DNA of 64,000 bases from Antedon mediterranea (GCF_964355755.1 NC_092670.1:10960795-11024794), one strand, 5' to 3'; shown: positions 1-14,150, numbered from the stretch's first letter. Notes: generated by a model not told the origin, from the sequence alone. Numbers and translations are program-made.

Positions 1-240
1 TAATAGGCCGTTAGTAGTTTTTTTCTCTTGGCTACTAAGGATTTTATCATGATTTCTTCGACTACTTTCTGACTACATAAAATAGATAGGTGACATAATA
101 GGTACTACCTATTAAAAGTACACAGTAAGTAGTTGTATCATAGTTGATGTAGCACTATTTAAAGTAGGCCTTTAAGCTACACCATTGTTAGTAGTTTTTA
201 ATAGATATTTTTCACCTTAAGAGTTTTTATGTAGACAGGG

Positions 241-2490
241 AGTAGTCTCCATCTATCTATATATAATAGATATTTAGTAGGTATGAAAAAAAAGTTAAAT
301 GTATTTTGTTAATAGGTTATAGATAGCTGTTGTCTATCTATTATAAGTAGACAGTTGATAGATAATACAAAACTGTATTACTCATAGATTTATAATAGAC
401 TTATAGTAGTCTCCATCTATCTATATATAATAGATATTTAGTAGGTATGGAATATAAGTTAACGGTAGTTTGTTAATAGGTTATAGATAGCTGTTGTCTA
501 TCTATTATAAGTAGACAGTTGATAGATAATACAAAACTGTATTACTCATAGATTTATAATAGACTTGTAGTAGTCTCCATCTATCTATATATAATAGATA
601 TTTAGTAGGTATGGAATATAAGTTAAATGTAGTTTGTTAATAGGTTATAGATAGCTGTTGTCTATCTATTATAAGTAGACAGTTGATAGATAATACAAAA
701 CTGTGTTACTCATAGATTTCTAATAGACTTACAGTAGCCTCCATCTATCTATATATAATAGATATTTAGTAGGTATGGAATACAAGTTAAACGTAGTTTG
801 TTAATAGGTTATAGATATCTGTTGTCTATCTATTATAAGTAGACAGTTGATAGATAATACAAAACTGTGTTACTCATAGATTTCTAATAGACTTACAGTA
901 GCCTCCATCTATCTATATATAATAGATATTTAGTAGGTATGGAATACAAGTTAAACGTAGTTTGTTAATAGGTTATAGATAGCTGTTGTCTATCTATTAT
1001 AAGTAGACAGTTGATAGATAATACAAAACTGTGTTACTCATAGATTTATAATAGACTTATAGTAGTCTCCATCTATCTATATATAATAGATATTTAGTAG
1101 GTATGGAATATAAGTTAAATGTAGTTTGTTAATAGGTTATAGATAGCTGTTGTCTATCTATTATAAATAGACAGTTGATAGATAATACAAAACTGTGTTA
1201 CTCATAGATTTATAATAGACTTATAGTAGTCTCCATCTATCTATATATAATAGATATTTAGTAGGTATGGAATATAAGTTAAATGTAGTTTGTTAATAGG
1301 TTATAGATATCTGTTGTCTATCTATTATAAATAGACAGTTGATAGATAATACAAAACTGTGTTACTCATAGATTTCTAATAGACTTGTAGTAGTCTCCAT
1401 CTATCTATATATAATAGATATTTAGTAGGTATGGAATATAAGTTAAATGTAGTTTGTTAATAGGTTATAGATATCTGTTGTCTATCTATTATAAGTAGAC
1501 AGTTGATAGATAATACAAAACTGTGTTACTCATAGATTTCTAATAGACTTGTAGTAGTCTCCATCTATCTATATATAATAGATATTTAGTAGGTATGGAA
1601 TATAAGTTAAATGTAGTTTGTTAATAGGTTATAGATATCTGTTGTCTATCTATTATAAGTAGACAGTTGATAGATAATACAAAACTGTGTTACTCATAGA
1701 TTTCTAATAGACTTGTAGTAGTCTCCATCTATCTATATATAATAGATATTTAGTAGGTATGGAATATAAGTTAAATGTAGTTTGTTAATAGGTTATAGAT
1801 ATCTGTTGTCTATCTATTATAAATAGACAGTTGATAGATAATACAAAACTGTGTTACTCATAGATTTCTAATAGACTTGTAGTAGTCTCCATTTATCTAT
1901 ATATAATAGATATTTAGTAGGTATGGAATATATGTTAAATGTAGTTTGTTAATAGGTTATAGATAGCTGTTGTCTATCTATTATAAATAGACAGTTGATA
2001 GATAATACAAAACTGTGTTACTCATAGATTTCTAATAGATTTGTAGTAGTCTCCATCTATCTATATATAATAGATATTTAGTAGGTATGGAAGGAAAGTT
2101 AAATGTAGTTTGTTAATAGGTTATAGATAGCTGTTGTCTATCTATTATAAATAGACAGTTGATAGATAATACAAAACTGTGTTACTCATAGATTTCTAAT
2201 AGACTTGTAGTAGTCTCCATCTATCTATATATAATAGATATTTAGTAGGTATGGAATATATGTTAAATGTAGTTTGTTAATAGGTTATAGATAGCTGTTG
2301 TCTATCTATTATAAGTAGACAGTTGATAGATAATACAAAACTGTGTTACTCATAGATTTCTAATAGACTTGTAGTAGTCTCCATCTATCTATATATAATA
2401 GATATTTAGTAGGTATGGAATATAAGTTAAATGTAAAATGTAAAATGTAGTTTGTTAATAGATTATAGATAGCCGTTGTCTATATATTAG
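241..2490. repeat. 164-bp tandem satellite, ~13.7 copies
   Basis: AGTAGYCTCCATCTATCTAT recurs at 241, 405, 569, 733 ... 2045, 2209, 2373 (period 164); copies nearly identical. Confidence 0.97.
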
Positions 2491-3201
2491 TGCGTGTGTA
2501 TAACAATTGTTACACCTAAATTCCCGCTTCTTTTTTGCAGCAGCAGCAGGCACGATGCAGATGATCAGAGAAAAAAGGAGCATTCGCTTGTTGTAGGCCT
2601 TTTCGATCAGACCATGAATGTTTATTTATACACAATGTCAGTTTAGTGGTAAGTGAATCAATCCATATCTTTACATTTTATTTGTTAAAGTTAAAGTGTT
2701 CCTTTTTGATAGGCTAGAAGCTAGGCTAGTAGGCCTCTAGTAGGCTCTATAACCTAGCCAGGCCTGTATTAGTTAGTAGGCCTAGGCTAGGCTAGGCTAC
2801 TAAGCTAGGTAGGCCCTAGCCTAGGCCTAGTCTTTTTTAAATTGCACTAGGCATTTTTCATTCAAGTTATAATTATAATAGCCTAGCCTAGGCCTAATAT
2901 ACTTTATAGCCTAGGCTTATAGGCCTACTACTAGTTAGCCTAGGCCCTACATTGCTTGTTTGTTGTTCAAAAAACATTTATTTATTCAACAATGGCATTA
3001 TACAGTATAATATAATTATAGGTGTGTACATAAATGAAAACATAGTAATAAGCCACAAGTTGTAGGCCTACTTCCCAGGGTTCAATTATAAAATAGATTT
3101 TTTAGTTTATAATATTAATACTAAATAGTTATACTGGGCTGCCTAGGCCTATTATCAGTTTGTTAATAGGCCTAAGCCTAGTCTATTAATAGGTTATTAT
3201 T

Positions 3202-4150
3202 ATACATAATTTTAAACACAGTAGGTTTCATTTATTACCATAAATATAATTTAATACTACCGCAAAACATAGATAAACTCACATTATTTTCGCCCGTTGA
3301 GTAAATGTATATTTTTACTTTACAACAAACAAACTTGACGGGTTGTTTGTTGGTATATATTTACTCCATTGTGTTGGTTCAGAGGATGTTTTTCTTACGC
3401 ACCTGCCTTTCTTGTATTTTGACTCCAAATTTGTTGACTAACTTTATCCTGAACACCACACTTTAAAATTAGGACTTATAAGTACTTTCAGAAGGAGAAA
3501 CACATAATAACAAATAAATAAATCCTTTAAATTGATGATTTTACAGATGTGTTTCTTTGTATACTGTAATGTAACTCCTCGAGCTCCCCATGCTCAATGT
3601 TTTTGTTTCTATGGAGCGCCAAAAGAGCAACAATAATAGTACAAGTATAAAAACAGAAAGAAAACGAAACAAAAAAACTTATCATGATTTTTAAATTAAA
3701 ATTTATTTGCCAGTATTTATTTCTTCGTACTTGCATGAGTATACTATTATCATTACAATTTTAATTTTATATTGTTCCATCCACACTGTAGATGGACTCC
3801 ACAGAGTTTTCAGCCCTCTATATAATTTTTGCTCTTTTGACGTTCCATAGAAACAAAAACATTGAACATGGCCCATGGGGTAGGCCTACTGTACTGTAGG
3901 CTAGTCATTTTGTGTGCGAGAAAAACGTCTGTAAAATCATGAATTTAAAAATGTATTTGTTACTTTTTATGTGATTCTTTTTCATGAAAGTGCCAATTCT
4001 AAGGTGTGGTATTCAGAATAAATGTTGGGAGTTAAAATACAAGGCAGGTGCGAAAGATAAATATTTGTAATCTAGGTGTTGGGTCTTAGCTTTCGTGATC
4101 TTAGGTCTTAGGGGGTCTTAGCTTTCGTGGTCTTAGGTTTTGTGACACCC
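3202..4150. mobile_element. One-end-truncated inverted copy of the MULE-like element at 12202-13281
   Basis: Near-identical to the reverse complement of 12202-13152; ends GTGACACCC at 4150; the other TIR is missing. Confidence 0.85.
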
Positions 4151-4613
4151 ATTGTAAGTATGCAGTTGATAGATATTACAACTGTGATATTAATAATAGA
4201 TTTCTAATGCAGTATCTAGGCCTAGAGGCCTAGGTCATCTAGCTATATCTACTGTATCTATTTGTAATAATTCTTAGTAGGCCTAAGTATATAAAATAAA
4301 TAGTTTATTAATAGTTACTGGCTATTATCAGTTTGTTTATAGTCTGTTAATAGGTTACTGGTAGGTAGCCCTTGTATAGCAAAATTCAAATGGCATATTC
4401 AACAAAAAAATGTTTAAACAATTATTTTTTCAGAGAGACGATCTTTAACCTATACTAGTACAAATTTGATGGTCAAGTGCAAAGATGATTAATTTATGGT
4501 GAAGTGTGCTTTTGCGTAATTAATTTTTCATGTCAATAGTGACAATATTTGGTGCATTTCTTATTGTCTGGTCTAATTCCATTCAGGAATTGTTTTGAAT
4601 TTTGAAGTTTAAA

Positions 4614-5190
4614 TAAAATGTATACTGTATATTTGGATACTGTGTCTTGTTTCATTTGATAAGTCTAAATTGTTACAAAAGTGATGAGTGTTGCTCTGTT
4701 GCTCGGTATTCTTCCTGTCACATGTCCAACTGAGTTCAAACATGTGCAATGTTATGGTTAAGATATTAAGGTTTACAAATACTGTACTATCTTAATTTTT
4801 TGTTAAATAAATTTATAAAATGTATACTGTATATTTGGTTACTAATGTCTTGTTTCACTTAATAAGTCTAAATTGTTACAAAAGTAACTGTTGTTGTTGT
4901 TTGGTATTCTTCCTTTTACATGTCCAGCTGAGTTAAAACATGTGCAATGTTATGGTTAAGATATTAAGGTTTACAAATAATGTACTATCTCAATTTTTTG
5001 TTAAATAAATTTATAAAATGTATACTGTATATTTGGTTACTAATGTCTTGTTTCACTTAATAAGTCTAAATTGTTACAAAAGTAACTGTTGTTGTTTGGT
5101 ATTCTTCCTTTTACATGTCCAACTGAGTTAAAATATGTGCCTAAAGTTTTCGGACTCGCATATGTATGGACAAGATTAAGGTTTACAAAT
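4614..5190. repeat. ~200-bp tandem repeat, ~3 copies
   Basis: TAAAATGTATACTGTATATTTGG starts near 4614, 4816 and 5014. Confidence 0.9.
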
Positions 5191-5344
5191 ACGGGAAAAA
5201 AATTAATTTGTTATTTTTTTAATCATTATACATTTGTTATTTGCCAATAAGATGAATTATTGTTCTGTATCTGTATTTTAGCCAGAAAAGATTAGATTTT
5301 TAATTTCTGTAGATTTTAAGTATCTAAATTAACAGTAGTTAATT

Positions 5345-6530
5345 TATGTATATTTTTAATAGCCAATTTATATGTAGATTTTTAATAGCCCAATAATATC
5401 TATAATGTAGATTGTTAATAGCCCAATAATAGTTATATGTAGATTTTTAATAGTCCAATAATATCTATATGTAGATTGTTAATAGCCCAATAATAGTTAT
5501 ATGTAGATTTTTAATAGCCAATTATTTAGTAGATTTTTAATAGCCAAATAATGTAGATATTTAATAGCCCAATAATAGCCAATTTATTTAGATTTTGAAT
5601 AGCCAAATAATGTAGATTTTTAATATCCCAATAGTCGCCAATTTATGTAGATTTTTAATAGTCCAATAATAGCCAAATAATGTAGATTTTTAATAGCCCA
5701 ATAATAGCCAAATAATGTAGATTTTTAATAGCCCAATAATAGCCAAATAATGTAGATTTTTAGTAGACAAATAATAGCCATTTTTAAGTAGATTTTTAAC
5801 AGCCCAATAATAGCCAAATAGTGTAGATTTTTAATAGCCCAATAATAGCCAAATAATGTAGATTTTTAGTAGACAAATAATAGCCATTTTTAAGTAGATT
5901 TTTAATAGACCAATAATAGCCAAATAATGTAGATTTTTAGTAGACAAATAATAGCCATTTTTAAGTAGATTTTTAATAGACCAATAATATCCAAATAATG
6001 TAGATTTTTAGTAGACAAATAATAGCCATTTTTATGTAGATTTTTAATAGCCCAATAATAGCCAAATAATGTAGATTTTTAGTAGACAAATAATAGCCAT
6101 TTTTATGTAGATTTTTAATAGCCCAATAATAGTCAAATAATGTAGATTTTTAGTAGACAAATAATAGCCATTTTTATGTAGATTTTTAATAGCCCAATAA
6201 TAGCCAAATAATGTAGATTTTTAGTAGACAAATAATAGCCATTTTTAAGTAGATTTTTAATAGCCCAATAATAGGCAAATAATGTAGATTTTTAGTAGCT
6301 GAATAATAGCCAATTATTTAGTAGATTTTTAATAGTATATTAATAGCCAAATAATGTAGATTTTAAGTAGACAAATTATAGCCATTTTATGTAGATTTTT
6401 AATTGCCAAATAATAGCCAATTTATACAGATTTTTAATAGCCCAATAATAGTTATTTAATTAGTAGATTTTTAATAGCCCATAAATAGCAAATTAATGTA
6501 GATTTTTAAAAGCCAAATAATAGCCAATTA
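5345..6530. repeat. 35-bp minisatellite with 70-bp higher-order dimer
   Basis: GTAGATTTTTAATAGCCCAATAATAGCCAAATAAT, period 35 (5647, 5682, 5717). From ~5750-6290 it alternates with a GTAGATTTTTAGTAGACAAATAATAGCCATTTTTA variant. Confidence 0.93.
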
Positions 6531-8468
6531 AGAATCCATTCTAGATAGATTATTGGTAGTCTAATAATAGTTGTATTTAGTAGGTGTCGCCTACTAATAT
6601 CATCGCGAAATATGCTAATGAGGCAAAAATCTACTAACGACTATAAAAAATCTATCAAATATCTATCTACTAGTAGGTGATAAATAGGCGACAGCTCTAT
6701 ATCTACTAAGCCGGATAGACTATAAGGCTAACCGCTATAGAGCTATAACTACTAAGACTTTTTGTTATGGGAGTGAACTATAGAGTCGCTTCCACGCGAC
6801 TAAAAAGTGCGATTAATAAAGTACTACTCTTCCCTTATTCGTTGTAGTATTGAGCTGGGATTTGGCATGAATATACAAAGCCATAGAGCCGGATTTTGAA
6901 TATCACTGGCTCCTTGTTTAGGGACCACTGACTAATCCTATTGAATTAGAACAGGTAATGAATGCGTTCAACGTTGCAACATTTAGTAAGGAATTTAATC
7001 GTTATTTTTATCCATAGGTTTTTTTTTAAATAACAAAAAATATAATATAATGTACCACACAGTTATATATTTTCGACTAGTTAGCCGTTATTGAAGAGAT
7101 AATAGTGAGTTTTGACAAAAAGTCTTGCCGCGTTGATCGGTGGGCTAGGCCAGGCCGAGCTAATCGTAGTCGCTAATTTATTGTTGATTTTCTCAAAATG
7201 AAGATTTTCTGAGCTATAAATAGTGACTCGTATGTTTTCATTAATGTGTTATTTTTTTTTTTTACTATTTATACAAATTTATATATTATTTTTATCAATT
7301 ATTGCAAAATCTTACTTTTCAGCCTTTTGGCTGCCGTTGTATTATTGATTTCTTTTTTATGAATAAATATACATGAAGTGATTTAATAAACCAATTTTAA
7401 TAAACAACGCCTCATTTTAAAGCTTATTAAACATAGTTTATAAATATAAAACATCTTAAAATGTGTTTACACTACGCCGATTTTGTGATGCCATGCCTCA
7501 ATTCTGTAGTTACTGGTAGTAATTATATTTTGTTCACTCTACGAACCTGTTTGTGCAATTTTTTAGAATGCTTGTTTGGATATTAATCATACACATACTG
7601 TTGCAGCACTGACTGTCTCATAAATGCCTACTACATTAAAACAAACTAAAATCAGTAAATGTAGTAACTGCAGTAAATGCAGTTTAATAATTTTAACATG
7701 ATCAATTGATAAGATAAGTTGTTGTACTGTGAGTGCATTTGCACATTTAAATATAGTTAGATTCGTTTCAGGCCTGTAAGAAGGAATTGCGAAGTGGGAG
7801 GGCCATACAAAAAATGTACTTCATAGACAGTTTACAGAGTACTTTGCATTCAAGGTGATCACCTTTGGGCTTTACATTATATTTGAGACGCGACATCAAT
7901 TGATAATCAAAAAGTATCGAATGATTATTATTTGTTGTTTAAACTTTTAAATGTTGTGGTCTAGGCCTAATTATGACATAACTAGTGAAATTATGGGGCT
8001 ATTTCACAAAGGCGTAGAATTATATTTTCATGAGGTTCACGTCAATATCATTATTAGAATTGTTTTGTTCTACTTTTCAGATGTTTAGAAGCTTTTCTTT
8101 TAATGTTTGTCTAATTTCTTTAAGCTAAATTTGATGGAAAGACAGCCTCAAATTATGCTAGAACGCTGCTGTGTCTTGTGACTTTAGCCCTGACTTTAGA
8201 CCCTGACGCCACCGCTGCTTAGGTACAGTACATGTCTCAAGTTCTTTCCCAGCAGTCAATTTCCTTATCATTTAGCTGTGTTTAATCAGTCATAATTCTA
8301 ACATTATTTTTATTATCCTTTAAATGTGATAAATGCAAATCAAACCCTATATGTGTCCATAGATTATTTTCACTGCAAAGTACTAAGTGTGTATAAGGCC
8401 TTAAAAAAGGTTAATTCTTTGTATACTTAATGTGTTTTTAAATGTAAATATAGATTGAATATACTAAC

Positions 8469-8730
8469 CTGCCGTTCCTGTGTATCCACTGATTTTTAAA
8501 GTATAGTTAGAGTCCTCAGCACCAACACGAAAGTGAGAATATTTTGCGATCTTCATTTCATCCAAGTGGTCAGTCATCTCTATTAGAAGCTCAAAACTGC
8601 CATCAAATGTTATACGGTTGATCTGTTCATTACCAAGCCAGAAATCTGAGTTCACATTTCCAAAACCATCCTTGTATTCTGCCCAACTACGGTAGAAATC
8701 GACCAATCCATCTTCTCTTCTTTGTAATAC
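8469..8730 (-). CDS. FReD gene copy C, internal exon (fibrinogen C-terminal domain core)
   Basis: VLQRREDGLVDFYRSWAEYKDGFGNVNSDFWLGNEQI...YTLKISGYTGTAG. Boundaries ccag|GTA and GCAG|gttagt; 262 nt, same size and phase as 50347-50608. Confidence 0.92.
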
Positions 8731-9358
8731 CTGGTAATGACCATAGATAGTGAATAAGATAGTATTGTACTTCACTTAATAAGATGTAGGTATAAACGGC
8801 AGGTTAGTGATCTGGTCGGTTGTAGGTTCGAGTCCAACCCAATAATTACTTGTCGAAGTATTCTCAATGTAAAAGTAAAGTACAAATTATGTCATAGTAG
8901 GGCAAAACATCTGACCAATTACTTAACACCCTGACGCAAGGCTCCACAGTAGTTACAAACAATTTTTAAATTAAAAAATAAAAGATATGATCATGATGCA
9001 TGACAAATTTGTAATTATGCATGTGTTTGTGCACAATGCATGTTTCTAAGATCACTTTGAAATGCAGGACCATCGCGCACAATGCGAGAAGGTTGTTTAC
9101 GATGGAATAAATGAATAAAGATAAAACAATAATGACAAAACGTGAAATGATGAAAATACGAAAAAAGTATCTTATTGTAAGAACTTGACCAATAATAAAC
9201 AAGATGTATTTAGTTTATTGTAATTTAAAATTTGATATACTTATTTTTTTTACAGTTAGGTGTTAGCTCGTAGTGTTTAACTGAATATTAAACTGCAGCC
9301 TAGCTGTATTACATTACTGTACCCTCTTTAATATCTAAATTATTGTTTTTATACTTAC

Positions 9359-9495
9359 CGTCCAACTGCCATCATCCTTCATGTCACAGTAGACAGTAAT
9401 CTCTCGTCCTCCATCTCCTGGCTGTATCACATATTGACCACTCACAGCAGAAGGATCATTTCGTAAAATGTCACCACAGTCCCTCATACAACACT
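9359..9495 (-). CDS. FReD gene copy C, exon encoding start of the fibrinogen domain
   Basis: CCMRDCGDILRNDPSAVSGQYVIQPGDGGREITVYCDMKDDGSWT. Boundaries ttag|AG and ACG|gtaagt; 137 nt; splices in frame to 8730. Confidence 0.9.
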
Positions 9496-9515
9496 CTAAC
9501 ATTACAATTTGTAAA

Positions 9516-10388
9516 GATTTCGATCCAAGTCGGCCCTAAACCGTCTCGGCCAAACTCAAGTCGGCCCCAAGTCAAGTCGGCCCCAAGTCAACTCGCCCCA
9601 GGTCAACTCGGCCTCAAGTCAACTCGGCCTCAAGTCAACTCGGCCTCACATCAACTCGGCCAAAAAATAATCGGTCAACTCGGCCCCGTTAAAGTATGGA
9701 ACGCAAAAAGTGCAAAGGAAGGGGATTGATATTTCTTCACATTTTCGTGCGTCAAAATTCAATAAACATGTCCGATATGCGAGGACATTTATTAGGTGTA
9801 ATAACATTGCTTGGTTGAATCATTGAGGTATAAAATAATGGTAACTCCATGGTTGAATCACGCATAGATATTTTCAGTGTATGCATTTGATTAGGCGACA
9901 ACATCTGAAACCAATTCGTAGCCTCCCTTTGCGCCTTTGGCAGCTATTTCAATATCTAAAACTGCTACGTTTTTTCGCTGACCGGGGGATTCCCCTTTTT
10001 AAAAAATGCAAATCATGAAAAAAAACGATATGTACGATCATTTTTTCTATGGCCAAATGGTGGAACGTAGGCCTACGTCTTCGATTTACTAAAATGCGGT
10101 ACCTGCTCGTGTTTTTGTAACACGCGGGTACTTCTATTCATATCGGCAATGAGATCATTTTTTTATATGAGTATTTTTTTTATTTCTTCATTTTTTTTTA
10201 AAGCGTGGATAGTAATTAATAATCATAATAATATTAAGCACTTTTTGCGTTCCATACTTTATTGTGACCGAGTTGACCGATTAGTTTTTGGCCGAGTTGA
10301 CTTGAGGCCGAGTTGCCTTGAGGCCGACTTGACGTGGGGCCGACTTGACTTTGGCCGAGACAGTTTGGGGCCAATTTGACCTGCACCC
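9516..10388. mobile_element. Non-autonomous MULE-like foldback element
   Basis: Inverted arms of ~15-bp units (CAAGTCAACTCGGCC / GGCCGAGTTGACTTG); flanking duplication TTTGTAAA at 9508-9515 and 10389-10396. Confidence 0.75.
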
Positions 10389-11676
10389 TTTGTAAATGAT
10401 AAAAAAATATCATAAAGTATGAAAACATTCGGTTAATAGAAGACCTGCTTTATTATATAGATTGTAACGATAAAAAAAAAGTATGAAAACAATAGGAAGT
10501 TACAGTACAACATTGCATCCCACAACCTTACTATTTTGATTTTAAAATGTGGGATGTCTAAAATTGGGTGAAGCTTTGAAAAATTGGCTTTTATTTTATT
10601 ATTATTATTTATTAAAATAAAATACAAGATTGTGACATTCTCTTTTGAGATATTGTCAGTCATTCCTGCACTCTCCTACACCTGGCATCACTGTACACAA
10701 ACAAAGTGTGAAGACGCGATCATGGTAAGACGTGATCTATACAGCTCAGCAAAAACAGCTTTTTAAACGTATTGTAATTCCTCCTTTTTCGCTGTATTTT
10801 ACTTTGAAATCATCTTTTATACATCTCTGTTTTGACTGTGTGTTGAATATTAAGACTTGTTTTGCGAAGAAACTCTAATCTCTGTTTAAATGTGCATCAC
10901 CCACGGGAATCAAAGCACAAATAGAGCCAACGTTAGGCTACAGAATTTGCATAACATAATTTGTATATCCAGCTACAGCAATGGCCGGGTCTAGCATTTT
11001 TTAGATTCTCACGCAGCAGAACAACAACGAACAGGAATACATTAAGAAGTTTGTGAGTAACCTGCTTGACATATACCAGTATGACAAAACAGAAATACTG
11101 GAGTTTATTTTTCTAGTCCAAGTAGTGGCAGAATTCCAGACCACCTGATTCGACTACGAGAGACAGTACAATGAGATCTTGTGCTATGTTTTCCTGAATA
11201 TGAAGGAAGGAGCTTTACATAAGAAGAAAGTTAGCCCTTCTCGCAGAGGACATACCATCGGTTATTCAATTATCAACAAGATTCCCGACTCCCGACTTAA
11301 TAACGTTTTTAAACCCAGCGCATGTATGTTGAACGACTCGGCTGCAAACTGATGTACAATTGGCAATCAACAATACCGAGGACTTAATCGAGGGTTTGCG
11401 CTATGTTAAAGAACCAAGTTTAACTCTTAACCAGAGCGATCTTAGAATAAAGACCAATGAGTGTCTACCCTCATTAGTTGCTATCGACAAAATTCAATCC
11501 ATTTTTCAAGCTGATACGTCTAATAACTTCATCAGCCCAAAAAGTCCATCAGTCATTATGGATTTAACAACTGAAACTTCCATTATGTCTACACCCGCAG
11601 AACTTTCTCCTAAATTGTTGTCTGGTGAGTTTGGCAACCAGGCGACAGACGATTTGATATCCCAAGCAATACATGT

Positions 11677-13639
11677 GGCCGTATTCACCAATCTCACTTA
11701 GGCTAAGGGAAATACTTACCCTTAAAATTTTAGAATTCCCTTAACAAAGGGAAACACTTAAGGGGTATTCACAAATGAGTTAAGGGATTCACTTACCTAA
11801 GGAAAACACTTAATTTAAGGGTAAAACTTAAGGGTAAAAATAATCATAAATATTCATGAGTTGTCCCATTGTACAATCACAGAGGATTTAATTGGACTCG
11901 CAATAGGTCTAGCCTAGATGCTACTAACAAACCAACATTCTGTGCAGGCTTAAACCTGTCTGTATTGAGGAATATGCATCCTAGGCTGGTTACTTGGAAG
12001 ACCAACAGGGGGCCTAGCATCTCTACCTAGCCTACTAGACTGGGGGATGATTTATATTACAACGAAATGAGAAGCCATCTTCCACGAAAATAATGGCAGT
12101 CAAAATAAAAACAAATAAATGAAAATAAGACTAATTTGTATGGTAAGGATCAGCAAAAAAGGTCAAGATGCTACTCAAATCAAACCAAACATGAATCCCT
12201 AGGGTGTCACGAAACCTAAGACCACAAAAGCTAAGACCCCCTAAGACCTAAGATCACGAAAGCTAAGACCCAAGACCTAACTAAGATTACAAATATTTAT
12301 CTTTCGCACCTGCCTTGTATTTTAACTCCCAACATTTATTCTGAATACCACACCTTAGAATTGGCACTTTCATGAAAAAGAATCACATAAAAAGTAACAA
12401 ACACATTTTTAAATTGATGATTTTACAGACGTTTTTCTCGCACACAAAATGTCGACTAGCCTACAGTACATTAGGCCTACCCCATGTTCAATGTTTTTGT
12501 TTATATGGAACGTCAAAAGAGCAAACATTATATAGAGGGCTGAAAACTCTGTGGAGTCCATCTACAGTGTGGATGGAACAATGTAAAATTAAAATTGTAA
12601 TGATAATAGTATAATCATGCAAGTACGAGGAAATAAACACTGGCAAATAAATTTTAATTAAAAAATCATGATAAGTTTTTTTGTTTCGTTTTCTTTCTGT
12701 TTTTATACTTGTACTATTATTGTTGCTCTTTTGGCGCTCCATAGAAACAAAAACATTGAGCATGGGGAGCTCGACGAGTTACATTACAGTATACAAAGAA
12801 ACACATCTGTAAAATCATAAATTTAAAGGATTTATTTATTTGTTATTATGTGTTTCTCCTTTTGAAAGTACTTATAAGTTCTAATTTTAAAGTGTGGTGT
12901 TCAGGATAAAGTTAGTCAACAAATTTGGAGTCAAAATACAAGAAAGGCAGGTGCGTAAGAAAAACATCCTCGGAACCAACACAATGGAGTAAATATATAC
13001 AAACAAACAACCCGTCAAGTTTGTTTGTTGTAAAGAAAAAATATACATTTACTCAACGGGCGAAAATAATGTGAGTTTATCTATGTTTTGCGGTGGTATT
13101 AAATTATATTTATGGTAATAAATGAAACCTACTGTGTTTAAAATTATGTATGGATAACCAAGTATTGTTTTTAAGCTGTAGTATATCTTAGAATTTGTAA
13201 TCTTAGGTCTTGGGTCTTAGCTTTCGTGATCTTAGGTCTTACGGGGTCTTAGCTTTTGTGGTCTTAGGTTTCGTGACACCCTGAATCCCTAGGCTAGGCT
13301 GGTTACTGGGCACACCAACAGGGGGCCTAGCATCTCTACCTATGACTGGGGCTGTCTACAAGTAGGCATAGTACTCGCACATACAGAATCGTCAGCACAA
13401 CCAAGGTACTGAATAGTTAAGGGAACTTTTAAGGGACCTCTGAGGTCCCTTAAAAGTTAAGGGACCTCTGAGGTCCCTTAAAAGTTAAGGGGAAAATAGA
13501 CCAAGTTAAGGGTTTCCCTTAACCTTAAACCCTTTGTGAATACCACTTAAGTGAAACCCTTAATATTTTCTTGATTTAAGGGAAATTCTTAGGATTTAAG
13601 GGAAATATCTCACTTAATGTGATTTTGGTGAATACGGCC
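11677..13639. mobile_element. Non-autonomous TIR element, PIF/Harbinger-like
   Basis: TIR GGCCGTATTCACCAA...TTGGTGAATACGGCC with many subterminal TAAGGG/CCCTTA motifs. TSD not cleanly resolved. Confidence 0.65.
12202..13281. mobile_element. Non-autonomous MULE-like element nested in 11677-13639
   Basis: ~80-bp TIRs GGGTGTCACGAAACCTAAGACC...; 10-bp TSD TGAATCCCTA at 12192-12201 and 13282-13291. Confidence 0.88.
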
Positions 13640-13964
13640 ACAGGCTCTGAACTTCCCAAATTTTCAACTCCAAATAAACCAAAGGAGGAAGTTAAAACAC
13701 CACGCTTATAGACCTACGAAAAGCCTCCATCGCTTTTTCATACGTTTAGTGGAGGACTTTATCAATCTACTTCGAATGCAGCGTTAAGAAAACATATACA
13801 TGACATCAGTATCCGCAGCGTCACTGATATAATTTCGCTGAAAAATCGCAATCATCCTTGCCTCATTCTGTGTTGTGTTGGACAATGAATCTGATACTCT
13901 GATCATCTCATCACCTGAATCGTGGCCAGACAGAGTTCGCGTGAGGGACTTTACACCTAGAAAG

Positions 13965-14150
13965 CCGAGGAATAACTTACATTGCTTCAAACATCATCCT
14001 ACCTGATGAGGTTGTGAAAAAGTTAAACACAATATTTAAAAAATTTATTTGGAATTAGATCGGAGCGAATATGAATTAGGTGGATTAAAAGTGTTCCACC
14101 TTGGCAACTATTTAGAATCTATTAGTTTATCGTGGATAATAAAATTGAGT
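13965..14150 (+). pseudogene. L1/Tx1-like ORF2 fragment (post-RT region)
   Basis: ITYIASNIILPDEVVKKLNTIFKKFIWN...EYELGGLKV...SWIIKL; disrupted. Confidence 0.65.

Larger units (their letters stand above)
1..6770. mobile_element. Probable non-autonomous CACTA/EnSpm-like DNA element hosting satellite arrays; left end outside window
   Basis: Right end ...ACTAAGACTTTTTGTTATGGG at 6770 (CCC..GGG-type terminus). 6625-6645 is an imperfect inverted copy of 3-20. The motif TAGATTTHTAATAG recurs throughout. TSD not testable. Confidence 0.4.

Noticed and set aside
241-2490. CRISPR-like array
   Set aside because: Whole 164-bp units are near-identical with no unique spacers; eukaryotic context with no cas genes.
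8731-8775. N-terminal extension of ORF 8464-8775 (likewise the ORF starts at 32461, 50608 and 53832)
   Set aside because: Lies upstream of a clear splice acceptor; these ORF-track starts are not the real exon boundaries.
8795-8845. tRNA gene (GGTTCGAGTCC B box)
   Set aside because: No complete cloverleaf; at most a SINE head remnant.
10532-10557. 26-nt AG...GT micro-exon for copy C (also the donor-like site at ~16279)
   Set aside because: No similarity to the copy A linker and the phase cannot be tied to an upstream exon.
11360-11701. 113-aa ORF
   Set aside because: TTG start, runs into a transposon TIR, no recognisable domain; possibly decayed LINE ORF1.
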